From the NCBI GenBank assembly GCA_964399535.1, contig CAYNRE010000005.1, positions 460,371 to 524,370 on the forward strand: 64,000 nucleotides of DNA. The letters run 5' to 3'. Positions within the stretch are counted from its first letter, which is position 1. Each line of letters begins with the position of its first letter. Origin of the DNA: an uncultured Pirellulales bacterium (lineage in GTDB: Bacteria > Planctomycetota > Planctomycetia > Pirellulales > CAYNRE01). The translations under genes and the position numbers were made by a program. Of this stretch, positions 52,792 through 61,044 are shown in pieces. Under the pieces are notes generated by a model. That model did no database searches. It was not told the origin of the DNA and saw only the letters and a list, made by a program, of their open reading frames with translations.

Positions 52792-53955
52792 ATGAACGAG
52801 CCGATTCCGTTCTCCCGGCCTTGCCTGGTCGGCCCGGAGCTTGACTATCTGGCCCAGGCCGCGCGGCAGGGGAAACTTTCGGCCGACGGGCCGTTCACCG
52901 CTCGCTGTGCCCAGTGGCTCGAGAACACGCTCGGACTCGAGCGGGTGCTGATGACCCATTCGGCCTCGGGGGCACTCGACCTGGCGCTGCGCACCTTGGG
53001 GCTGGCGGCTGGCGACGAGGTACTGCTCCCCTCGTTCACCTACGTGGCCACGGCCAACGCGGTGCTCGCCAACGGTGGCCGGCCGGTGTTTGTCGAGATC
53101 GAGCCCGAGACCCTGTGCCTCGATCTGGAAACCATCGAAGCGGCTCGCACCGCCCGCTGCCGGGTTGTGGTGCCGGTGCACTACGCGGGAGCAAGCTGCG
53201 ACCTACCGCGGCTGAGCCGCTGGGCAGCCGAGCGTCAAATCGACGTCGTGGAAGATGCTGCCCAGGCGGTCGGCTCGCGATTTGCCGACCGGGCCCTGGG
53301 TGGCTGGGGCGCCCTGGGCGTTTTCAGTTTCACCGATCAGAAGAATGTTACCGGGGGGCAGGCTGGCGCGCTGACGATCAATCGGGCCGATCTGTTCCAG
53401 CGAGCCCAGACGATCCGCGATCAGGGGACCGATCGGGCCCGCTACTTCCGCGGGGAAGTGCCCGAGTACACCTGGACGCTTGCTGGCGGGAGCTACGCGC
53501 CCAGCGAGTTGTGTTGCGCGTTTCTGCTCGCTCAGCTCGAGCAGTTCGAGGCGGTTACTAACCGCCGGCGCGAGCAGTGGCAATTTTATCGTGCCGCCCT
53601 GGGCCCGCTGGAAGCGCGAGGCGTGGTGCGGCTTCCCAAGACCCTGCCTGGGTGCGAACCCAACTTTCACCTGTTCTATTTGCTGGCGGCCGATCGCCTC
53701 GAGCGCGATCGACTCATCGCTCATCTAGCCCAGCAGGGAATTACGGCCCCGTTCCATTTCGTTCCGCTCCACTTGTCGGCCATGGGAATACGGCTGGGCT
53801 ACGGCCCGGGCGACCTTCCTCGCACCGAAGACCTGGCAGGGCGAATCGTGCGGTTGCCGCTGTTTCACGACCTGACGCGGCCCCAGCAGGAGCGCGTGGT
53901 GGGGGCCGTGAGGGAGTTCTATCGTGGGAATTTGCCGACGCGCCCCGCACCCTAA
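52792..53955 (+). CDS. DegT/DnrJ/EryC1-family sugar aminotransferase, WecE-like (NDP-4-keto-6-deoxyhexose 4-aminotransferase type)
   Basis: The N-terminus MNEPIPFSRPCLVGPELDYLAQAARQGKLSADGPFTARCAQWLE parallels E. coli WecE (IPFNAPPVVGTELDYMQSA...GKLCGDGGFTRRCQQWLE). SASGALDLAL, VPVHYAG and FSFTDQKN (PLP Lys region) are present. Confidence 0.9.
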   Translation: MNEPIPFSRPCLVGPELDYLAQAARQGKLSADGPFTARCAQWLENTLGLERVLMTHSASGALDLALRTLGLAAGDEVLLPSFTYVATANAVLANGGRPVFVEIEPETLCLDLETIEAARTARCRVVVPVHYAGASCDLPRLSRWAAERQIDVVEDAAQAVGSRFADRALGGWGALGVFSFTDQKNVTGGQAGALTINRADLFQRAQTIRDQGTDRARYFRGEVPEYTWTLAGGSYAPSELCCAFLLAQLEQFEAVTNRRREQWQFYRAALGPLEARGVVRLPKTLPGCEPNFHLFYLLAADRLERDRLIAHLAQQGITAPFHFVPLHLSAMGIRLGYGPGDLPRTEDLAGRIVRLPLFHDLTRPQQERVVGAVREFYRGNLPTRPAP

Positions 53956-53985
53956 AATCGCGCGCTACGGGCGCCGATTTTGATT
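53954..53985 (+). terminator. Candidate Rho-independent terminator after the aminotransferase gene
   Basis: AAAATCG-N14-CGATTTT starts in the TAA stop and is followed by GATTG. This is one of the few T-runs in the window. Confidence 0.5.
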
Positions 53986-54164
53986 GCCCAGCTCGGCCCG
54001 CGGCGCGGTACGCGATGGCGCCGCCGGTTGCTGGGCGGCGGCTGGGGTTCTCGATTCCCTTATTGCCGGAGTCAGCGTAGGCTAGAACCCTGGGCGCGAG
54101 GAACCACGCCGCCGTCGGATCTGAAAGATCTCTGCCCAATGCCAAGTCCTTGCGGATACCTGCA

Positions 54165-55049
54165 ATGAGCCAACCAAGCCTTTCCCAACCTTGCTCGCCC
54201 CCTGCAGGGGCTGCTACGAGCCGTTCGTTTCTCGACCCCGGATTGGCCGAGTGTATGGAGCGCGACGGCTACGTAGTGCTTCCGGTCCTCGATGCGGATT
54301 CGATCCGCGAGGTGATGGCAATTTACTGCGGGGCAGGCGTGACCTTTGAACAAGGGTGGCACACCGACATGTACAGTGCGAACCTCGATTATCGCCGGGC
54401 AACGCACGAACAGGTCGGTAAGATCTTCGCCGACAGAATCTTGCCGCTATTGAACGGGTTTCGCTTCTGCTGTGGTAATTTCGTAGTCAAAGAACCCCAT
54501 ATCGAAAACACCGTACCCCTGCATCAAGACTGGACGATTATTGAACATGACCAGTCGCGTTCACTGAACGTGATTTGCGCCATGATCGACGTTCCCCCAG
54601 ATCACGGTCAACTGCGGGTCTTGCCAGGAAGCCATCACGCTCCCAAACGCGTTAGTTTCGGTCCGGTCGATCATCTGCAGATCGCCCACCTCCTCCCGTT
54701 AATTGAGAAGCAATACGTCGTCCGGCTCCAGCAGCGAGCCGGTGAGGCGCTGATTTACGACGGACGGCTACTGCACGCCTCTGATCGAAACCGGTCGGAT
54801 CGCGTGCGCGTCTGCTACTCGGCCTCGTTCGTACCGCAGGAATCACCGCTGCGACATTATTACAAGGATCCGCAAGCGCCCGATGTTTTGGAAGAGTACG
54901 AAATCGACAGCGACTTTTTCTGGAAGCACAAGCTCGGCGAGCGCCCTCAAGAGGGAAAGCTTGTCCGCGCCATGCCTCACGTCGATTCCCCGATCACCGA
55001 ACAGCACCTCGTGCTGTGGAACCGTGCCCGACTTACAAGCCCAAGTTAA
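54165..55049 (+). CDS. PhyH-family Fe(II)/2-oxoglutarate dioxygenase (paralog 2)
   Basis: Motifs: VPLHQDWTIIEH (HxD), MIDVPPDHGQLRVLPGSHH, LIYDGRLLHASDRNRSDRVR. Confidence 0.85.
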   Translation: MSQPSLSQPCSPPAGAATSRSFLDPGLAECMERDGYVVLPVLDADSIREVMAIYCGAGVTFEQGWHTDMYSANLDYRRATHEQVGKIFADRILPLLNGFRFCCGNFVVKEPHIENTVPLHQDWTIIEHDQSRSLNVICAMIDVPPDHGQLRVLPGSHHAPKRVSFGPVDHLQIAHLLPLIEKQYVVRLQQRAGEALIYDGRLLHASDRNRSDRVRVCYSASFVPQESPLRHYYKDPQAPDVLEEYEIDSDFFWKHKLGERPQEGKLVRAMPHVDSPITEQHLVLWNRARLTSPS

Positions 55050-55247
55050 CTTCGTCTCCATTCGCCGAGCCCCGCCCTGGCCGTTGTTTCGCAGACCACC
55101 GCCCCAGAGAGGGCCGGCGACCTATTTCGACTCCGCTTGAAGATGTCAATGGGACGCGAGATCGGCAGAATGCGATACCGAAATCGCAAGATGAGTCGCA
55201 GCTTCGCGAATCGGGCCAACGCCCCAGTGCCGGTCTCCGAGCGGCCG

Positions 55248-57335
55248 CTAGGCTTCTTTTGCCGACGGAGACCGATCGCGGCCGGCCAGGATCAGAATGG
55301 TTGCAACCAGTGCCAGCGCAAGCAGCGACACGATAAGCCCGAGCCAAAGCCCGCTCGGCCAGTGCGAGATTACAACGCGATGGCGACCCGCCGATATCGG
55401 CACGCCGAGAAACGCATGGTTCGTCCGGAGCACATCACAGCGCTGGCCGTCGACCCAGGCGCAAACATCGTCGCAGTAGGAATCGGCCACGACCAGTAAG
55501 GCCGCGGACGACGTTTCCACCTCGACCAAAAGGTTGCCCGCGTCGAGCTGGCGCAGCATGACCTGGCTGGGCCAGTCCGTGGCCGATAATGCCGTCGGCA
55601 GGGGGCGCTCGATCACTGCCTGTCGTTCGGGATCGAACTGGTCGGATCGGAGCAGGGCCAGTCGATCGTCCGAATCGGCCGCCAGCTTGGTTTCACCGAC
55701 CAGCCAGGCCCGCGGATGCGTCGGCGATGCCCGCAACAGTCGCACGGGCCGCTGGGCCAGGGGGCGCCAGCGCGGATCGAGCAGGTCGTGCCCGGGTCCG
55801 GGGGCGATGGCCTGATGGGTAACCGCGGCCAGCCGCGCCGAGCGTTGCCAGGCCCCACCCGGCAGGGCGCGGTACAACTCGACCAGCCAGCGAGGGCTGA
55901 CCGTGGAATCCTGGCTGTAGAGCTGCGCCGAGGGCAGCTCGAACAGCAGGTTGTAATCGGCCGGGGCGCTTTGCAGCGCGCGTTTGGCCAGCGATTCCGA
56001 GAGCCGGAGTTGTCTGCTCTCGTTTGCTTCGAGGGGGCTCATCGACCAAAGCCGCGTGTGCTCACCCGCGGTGGCGAGCCGCGCCAGCCTGGACCCGACC
56101 TGATCGTAGAGATTCTCGTGAGAAAGGTACAAGTCCAGGCGCTGAGACGTTGCCAGCAAGAGCAGTCCCAGCGGCAGTAATGCGCGACACGGCGCGCGAA
56201 GTGGTGCGTCGGCCGCGCTCGCCGAGGCAGCGAGTGCGTCGGCCCCAAAGGCCGACACGACCGCTACGGCCAGCACCCACCAGGAGAGGTACATTGAGGC
56301 CCAGCGAAACCAGCTATAGACCGGCAAATGATCGAGCAGGTCCGACAATGGCGTGTGCGCCGCCAGAAGCAGCCCGGCCAGCCCCAGGGCCATCCACATC
56401 CGCAGCCAACGATTCCGCAGAGCCAGCACCAGGCTGATCGCCAGGCATCCGACGAGAAACCCGTTCGCGGCGGCGCCAGCGAGCGCGCGCGGCAACGAAG
56501 CGTCGGCGACGTCGTAAACCTGTTGCCCCGGCTGCCAGAATTGGTCCCATCGCAGCCGAATCATCGCGGCGGGCTGCTGGGCTCGATTCGACTGCTCGAA
56601 GTATTGGTACAGCGGCACCAGTTGCACCGCGGTCAGGCACGCTGCTGCCACGAACACGGCCGCGGGCATGAGCCATCGTAGCGGCCAAAAAACCCTGTGC
56701 AGCACCAGGCAGGCGTACGCGCCCTGGAGCGTGAACAGAACCAGGGCGGTGTCGTACGAACCGGCCAGAATCATGAGCGCATTGACCAGCGCCAGGGTGC
56801 TCAGTGAGCGCCGTCGGCCCTCGGCGACGCGGTCCCAAAGCCAGAGCGCCGTGGGAATCCAGGCCAAGACCACCAGGCGAGCCACGGCGGCGTGGACCCA
56901 CTGCAGGGCGGGCGCCGTCATGAACACGCTGGCACCCCAGACACTAGCCAGCTGCCCCAGGCCGCGCCCGCGGAGGTAGCTGGCCATGCCCAGCCCGGCG
57001 ATCAGATAGTGCAACGCCACGAACACGTCGTGAGCCTTGGGAGTAGGCCAACCTACATAGAGCAAGAACCCTGGGTAGAAGATGCCGGTCTGCCCCTCGG
57101 CGGTAAGCGGAAAACCACAGGCCAACAGCGGGGTCCACCAGGGAAACGTGGCGCCGCGGATTTGCTCGGCGGCGTAAATTCGCCGCGGCACGTCGATGGG
57201 CGCCGTATCGGCTAGGTAAAGGTTGCCCTCCGACCAAACCAGCGGCCCGGCGTAGACGAGCCAGATCACGAATACCCCGAGCCAGCTCGGCGCCAGGCGA
57301 GCGGGGTCGGGCAAGGAATGGGGCGCGGCGGTCAT
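55248..57335 (-). CDS. Large polytopic GT-C-like membrane protein (YfhO-like)
   Basis: The 695-aa protein has about 14 helices. The N-terminal region FPWWTPLLACGFPLTAEGQTGIFYPGFLL resembles YfhO-type proteins. The C-terminal ~230 aa are extracytoplasmic with a final TM helix. The family is assigned from memory of the motif only. Confidence 0.6.
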   Translation of the reverse strand: MTAAPHSLPDPARLAPSWLGVFVIWLVYAGPLVWSEGNLYLADTAPIDVPRRIYAAEQIRGATFPWWTPLLACGFPLTAEGQTGIFYPGFLLYVGWPTPKAHDVFVALHYLIAGLGMASYLRGRGLGQLASVWGASVFMTAPALQWVHAAVARLVVLAWIPTALWLWDRVAEGRRRSLSTLALVNALMILAGSYDTALVLFTLQGAYACLVLHRVFWPLRWLMPAAVFVAAACLTAVQLVPLYQYFEQSNRAQQPAAMIRLRWDQFWQPGQQVYDVADASLPRALAGAAANGFLVGCLAISLVLALRNRWLRMWMALGLAGLLLAAHTPLSDLLDHLPVYSWFRWASMYLSWWVLAVAVVSAFGADALAASASAADAPLRAPCRALLPLGLLLLATSQRLDLYLSHENLYDQVGSRLARLATAGEHTRLWSMSPLEANESRQLRLSESLAKRALQSAPADYNLLFELPSAQLYSQDSTVSPRWLVELYRALPGGAWQRSARLAAVTHQAIAPGPGHDLLDPRWRPLAQRPVRLLRASPTHPRAWLVGETKLAADSDDRLALLRSDQFDPERQAVIERPLPTALSATDWPSQVMLRQLDAGNLLVEVETSSAALLVVADSYCDDVCAWVDGQRCDVLRTNHAFLGVPISAGRHRVVISHWPSGLWLGLIVSLLALALVATILILAGRDRSPSAKEA

Positions 57336-57561
57336 CGCGACGGATCCGGGGCGGCCGGAAACCCCTCGAGCGGCCGCGCGGGATGAGCCGCCGGTTTCCA
57401 AGCGTGCGCAGGCGCCGGGCGCCGCATCAGCCGTTTGCAGGCCACGGCCAACCTCACGCGACCGCCGGCGGGAGCCAAGCGGGCTCGGCCAAGCGTCCTT
57501 GCCACGAGCCTGACAGGCGGAAAAGCGATCGGCAAAGATTTCTGCCCTAGGAAGCGGGCGA

Positions 57562-58377
57562 TCAGTTCTGCTCTTCGGGCAGCGGTGCGGCGAACACGCC
57601 CCGCGCCGACCGCCCCCGCGGGCGCTCGCCGGGGATGTAGTCCCAGTAGAAGGTGGGGTCGACCGCGAAGACCTCGACCGCCGTGGGATCGACGCGGTGG
57701 TAGTACAACAGCGACGATTGCGGCCGGGCCAGCACGCAGCCCACCGCCAACCGCTCTCGGCCCGAGCGATTGATACCCGAGCCGTGCAACAACCGCCCGT
57801 CGTACACCACGGCCTGGCCCGGTACCAGGGGCACGCTCCGCAGCCGCTCGGGACAGTGGCGCGCGACCCAACCGCGCCGCGGGCAAGGGTCTCCGTGCGA
57901 GCGGGGAAACGGGCACTCGCGGTGCGAACCCACCACCACTTCCAGGCAGCCGTTCTGCTCGTCGACCGGCATCAGCGGCGTCCACACATTAAGCGTGAGA
58001 TCGGTTGTTTCGTCGACGAAGGCCCAGTCGAAGTGCAGGGCCACTTCCGTGCCGTCGGGCTGCGGCGACTTGGCCAGGTAGTTGGCCACCACGATGCGCC
58101 AGCCGGGCAGCACGGTATCGATGGACGGTTGCAGGTGCCCGGAAATCTCCTGGAAGATCCGGCGGCGCTCCTCGGCGCTGGCCAGATACATCGAGGCTTG
58201 AAACCCCGTCACCTCCGTGGCCGCGCGCTGGTACGAACTGCGCAGCGCGCCGAGAACGCTCGGCAAGGCCAGCTCGACGACCGCGTAACCGTCGCGCTCC
58301 AAGGCCGACCAGAGCGCGCTGGAATCTCCTGGGCTAATCGAGGGGGCCGGCGGCCCTGGCTGAGGCGAACCGCTCAT
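57562..58377 (-). CDS. PhyH-family Fe(II)/2-oxoglutarate dioxygenase (paralog 3)
   Basis: ATG 58377 overlaps the wzt-like stop (ATGA). Motifs: VALHFDWAFVDE (HxD), WTPLMPVDEQNGCLEVVVGSHRE, VVYDGRLLHGSGINRSGRER. Confidence 0.8.
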   Translation of the reverse strand: MSGSPQPGPPAPSISPGDSSALWSALERDGYAVVELALPSVLGALRSSYQRAATEVTGFQASMYLASAEERRRIFQEISGHLQPSIDTVLPGWRIVVANYLAKSPQPDGTEVALHFDWAFVDETTDLTLNVWTPLMPVDEQNGCLEVVVGSHRECPFPRSHGDPCPRRGWVARHCPERLRSVPLVPGQAVVYDGRLLHGSGINRSGRERLAVGCVLARPQSSLLYYHRVDPTAVEVFAVDPTFYWDYIPGERPRGRSARGVFAAPLPEEQN

Positions 58378-59924
58378 GACATTTCCCACTCGCAGTCCAT
58401 GCCGACCAGGTCGCGGATCCAGGTGCGAATATTGCCCGACTGCGAGGGGGGTTCGGTAACCTGGAAGAAATGGGGCCGGCTTTCCCAGCCCACGTCGGCC
58501 AGGGCCGCGCCGGTGGCCGCCTCGCCCAGACCAACCTTCATGGCGTAACGGCCGGCCCGCAGCGACAACCGGTCGATGGTTCCCCGCCAGACATGGCGGC
58601 CAGGACCAACCGAGAGCGTTCGGTCGTCGATACCCGTCAGCACCGTCGCAATATGGGTCGACAGGTCGGCTGTGCACAGCGTGAACCCGCAGACGATGGC
58701 CTCGAGCGGTTCGAACACCTCAAACACCACGAAGACCCGGGCCGGCTCGCCATAACGCAGCTCGCCGCCGCTGGCCGCTTCAATTCCCACTGAGCGAATC
58801 GCCACCGCGGCCGTGGCCAGCGCCGTTTTCACCTCGGCCCGCTCCAGGGGTTCGGCGTCGGGCACGCCCTCTGGGTCCGCGGCGGCGCACCGGGCGACCG
58901 CGCCGACCAGGTCCGCGGCCGGCTCTGAATCGGGTTGTGGGTTGGGTCGCGTGGCGGGGTCGTTTTCCAGATCGCCAAAGTAAATCGCCTCCCCCCCCCG
59001 AGTGATTGGCTCGTCGGCGGTTTCCGGCTGCGGCACGGGTTCGTCGCCGGGCACTTCGGCCGCAGATTCCCACTGGGTGCTGTCCAGGGGCGCCGGCGCC
59101 GTCTGGCGGGCGTCTGCGGAGGTCGAGGGCACCTCGGGCGCGGCGGCACCGGTCAGTTCCGCATGGTCGAGCTCGGCCGAGAGCTCGACGTAAAAGTGAA
59201 TCGCGTCGGTCGCCGGGCCATCGAACACCAGGCGACCGTGATGGATCACGATTGCTCGCTCGCACAGCGTTTGAATGGCCTGCATGTCGTGAGCCACGAG
59301 AATCAGCGTACCCCGCTGTTCGTGAAAGGTTTTCAGGTGCTGGCGGCAGCGGCGGCGGAAGGACAAATCGCCGACCGCGAATACTTCGTCGATCAGGAGA
59401 ATGTCGGGTTGCAAGTGGGCAGCCACCGCGTAGCCCAGCCGTGCCCGCATGCCGGTGCTGTAGGATTGGACGGGCGAGTCGATGAACTCGGCCAGATCGG
59501 CGAAAGCCACGATGCTGTCGAACAATTCGGCCGTGCGGCTCCGCGGCAGGCCCAGCAGGGCCGAGTTGAAGTAGACGTTTTCGCGCCCCGAAAGCAGCGG
59601 GTTGAAACCCAACCCCAGCTCGGTAATGGCGGCGATCTTGCCCTCGGTGGTGACCCGCCCCCGGGTAGGCGTCAGGCGGCGCATCATCAGCTTGAGCAAG
59701 GTGCTTTTGCCCGCCCCGTTGTTGCCGATGATGCCGACGCTTTCGCCGCGCTCGATGGTGAAGTTGGCGTTCTGAACTGCCCAAAAATCGCCCGGCAACA
59801 GCTCGGTGCTTTGGGCCGGCCGGGCAAGCATCCGCCGCGCCAAGTCTTCCAGCGCGTACCAGGCCGACCCGGTAAACCGCCGGTTGTATTTTTTCCAGAC
59901 GTCGTCGACGTGGATAGCCGGCAT
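58374..59924 (-). CDS. wzt: Polysaccharide ABC exporter ATP-binding protein (Wzt/TagH-like) with long linker and C-terminal beta-rich domain
   Basis: Walker A is GIIGNNGAGKSTLLK, the signature is YSTGMRARLG and Walker B is ILLIDEVFAVGD. It has the N-terminus typical of Wzt/TagH (VWKKY...ALEDL...FWAV). About 110 aa of acidic/Pro-rich linker and about 150 aa of C-terminal domain follow. Confidence 0.9.
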   Translation of the reverse strand: MPAIHVDDVWKKYNRRFTGSAWYALEDLARRMLARPAQSTELLPGDFWAVQNANFTIERGESVGIIGNNGAGKSTLLKLMMRRLTPTRGRVTTEGKIAAITELGLGFNPLLSGRENVYFNSALLGLPRSRTAELFDSIVAFADLAEFIDSPVQSYSTGMRARLGYAVAAHLQPDILLIDEVFAVGDLSFRRRCRQHLKTFHEQRGTLILVAHDMQAIQTLCERAIVIHHGRLVFDGPATDAIHFYVELSAELDHAELTGAAAPEVPSTSADARQTAPAPLDSTQWESAAEVPGDEPVPQPETADEPITRGGEAIYFGDLENDPATRPNPQPDSEPAADLVGAVARCAAADPEGVPDAEPLERAEVKTALATAAVAIRSVGIEAASGGELRYGEPARVFVVFEVFEPLEAIVCGFTLCTADLSTHIATVLTGIDDRTLSVGPGRHVWRGTIDRLSLRAGRYAMKVGLGEAATGAALADVGWESRPHFFQVTEPPSQSGNIRTWIRDLVGMDCEWEMS

Positions 59925-59928
59925 GCCG

Positions 59929-60855
59929 TTACGGGGCCTGCTGCGAAGTGCCCGGCCGGGCGCCGGTGGCCGAGCGCTCGCGCTGGTACTGGGCCAGGCG
60001 CTGGGCGAGTTGCTCGCTGGTAAAGGGGGACTGGGGCGTGCACGCAAGTTCAAGACAAGGGCACGCCCTGGGCCGCTCGCCGAGTTGGGCTTCGCGCCAG
60101 TAGAAATCTTCCGCCACGGCATAGGTTTCCACTTCCCGCGGCGAAACGCGGTAGTAGTGCCGCAGTTGGGCCTCTTGGGGAATGCCGACCCCCACCACCG
60201 CCACGCGGGGCACCGCACCCCGGTTAGGTCCCGAGTAATGTAGCAGTCGCGAGTGGTAGATCACCCCCTCGCCCGCCCGCAGGGGCAGTTCCAACAGGTG
60301 GTGCTCGACAATTTCCTGAGCCAGCGGCGCGTACGGCGAGCAAGCGGCATCTCCCTGGCCGTTCGGGCGCAGGTTGTCGCAGAACCGGTGGCTGCCCGGC
60401 ACTACCGCCAGGCAACCCACCTGATGATTGGTGTCGATCAGCGGCGACCAGATCGTCACGCTGGCAAACCGCGTTTCGTCGACAAACGACCAGTCCTGGT
60501 GCAGCGGCACCACGCTGGCGGGTACCGCCTGCTTCACCGCAAAGTTGCCCAGCACCAGGCGGTAGTTGGCCAGGTACCGTGCCGCCGAATCGGCCAGCGC
60601 GGCGGCAATCAAGGCGTTGACGCCCGCGCGGTAGCCGGCGTCCTGGCTCCACAGGCTCGAGTAAAACCCGTCGGCCAGGCGGCTTTCGAGGCGCTCGTAG
60701 CCCGACTGCAATAGGGCCACCTGCTCGGCATCGAGCAGCGGCACCACCACGTAACCGCGCTGGTCGAACTGGGCTTGATGCTGCGGGTCGCGCAGGGTCG
60801 GCCGGTCCACGGGCGGGCAAAACAGGTTCTGAGGTAGCGTCGGGCTAGTGGTCAT
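59929..60855 (-). CDS. PhyH-family Fe(II)/2-oxoglutarate dioxygenase (paralog 4)
   Basis: Motifs: VPLHQDWSFVDE (HxD), WSPLIDTNHQVGCLAVVPGSHRF, VIYHSRLLHYSGPNRGAVPR. Its stop lies 4 nt before the wzt-like ATG. Confidence 0.85.
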   Translation of the reverse strand: MTTSPTLPQNLFCPPVDRPTLRDPQHQAQFDQRGYVVVPLLDAEQVALLQSGYERLESRLADGFYSSLWSQDAGYRAGVNALIAAALADSAARYLANYRLVLGNFAVKQAVPASVVPLHQDWSFVDETRFASVTIWSPLIDTNHQVGCLAVVPGSHRFCDNLRPNGQGDAACSPYAPLAQEIVEHHLLELPLRAGEGVIYHSRLLHYSGPNRGAVPRVAVVGVGIPQEAQLRHYYRVSPREVETYAVAEDFYWREAQLGERPRACPCLELACTPQSPFTSEQLAQRLAQYQRERSATGARPGTSQQAP

Positions 60856-60980
60856 CGCTTGGGTTCACTGGGCGTTGCTTGTCGCTCCGGGCGGGCCCAA
60901 GGCCAGCCTGGCCCCCCGTGCCGCGTCGGAACCACACCCGACAGCAGTTCGTAAGCATCTTGCCTCAGCACCTTCACGTC

Positions 60981-61044
60981 TCGTCAGTTTCATTGCCTAG
61001 CGATCAGTTTCACTGCCTAGCAATCAGTTTCACTGCCTAGCAAT
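60981..61044 (-). repeat. Three tandem 20-bp direct repeats (plus the first 4 nt of a fourth) at the wzm stop
   Basis: The plus strand reads tcgtcagtttcattgcctag / cgatcagtttcactgcctag / caatcagtttcactgcctag / caat. On the minus (coding) strand each unit reads CTAGGCAGTGAAACTGAT(T/C)G. The wzm TAG stop is the CTAG of the first unit. Confidence 0.9.

Noticed and set aside
49499-60855. Whether any PhyH paralog is an Fe/2OG halogenase.
   Set aside because: All four keep Asp in the H-x-D facial-triad position (HQD, HQD, HFD, HQD). Halogenases have Ala or Gly there.
60981-61044. The 20-bp repeats as a CRISPR array.
   Set aside because: The units are directly abutting with no spacers. There are only three copies, and no cas genes are present in the window.
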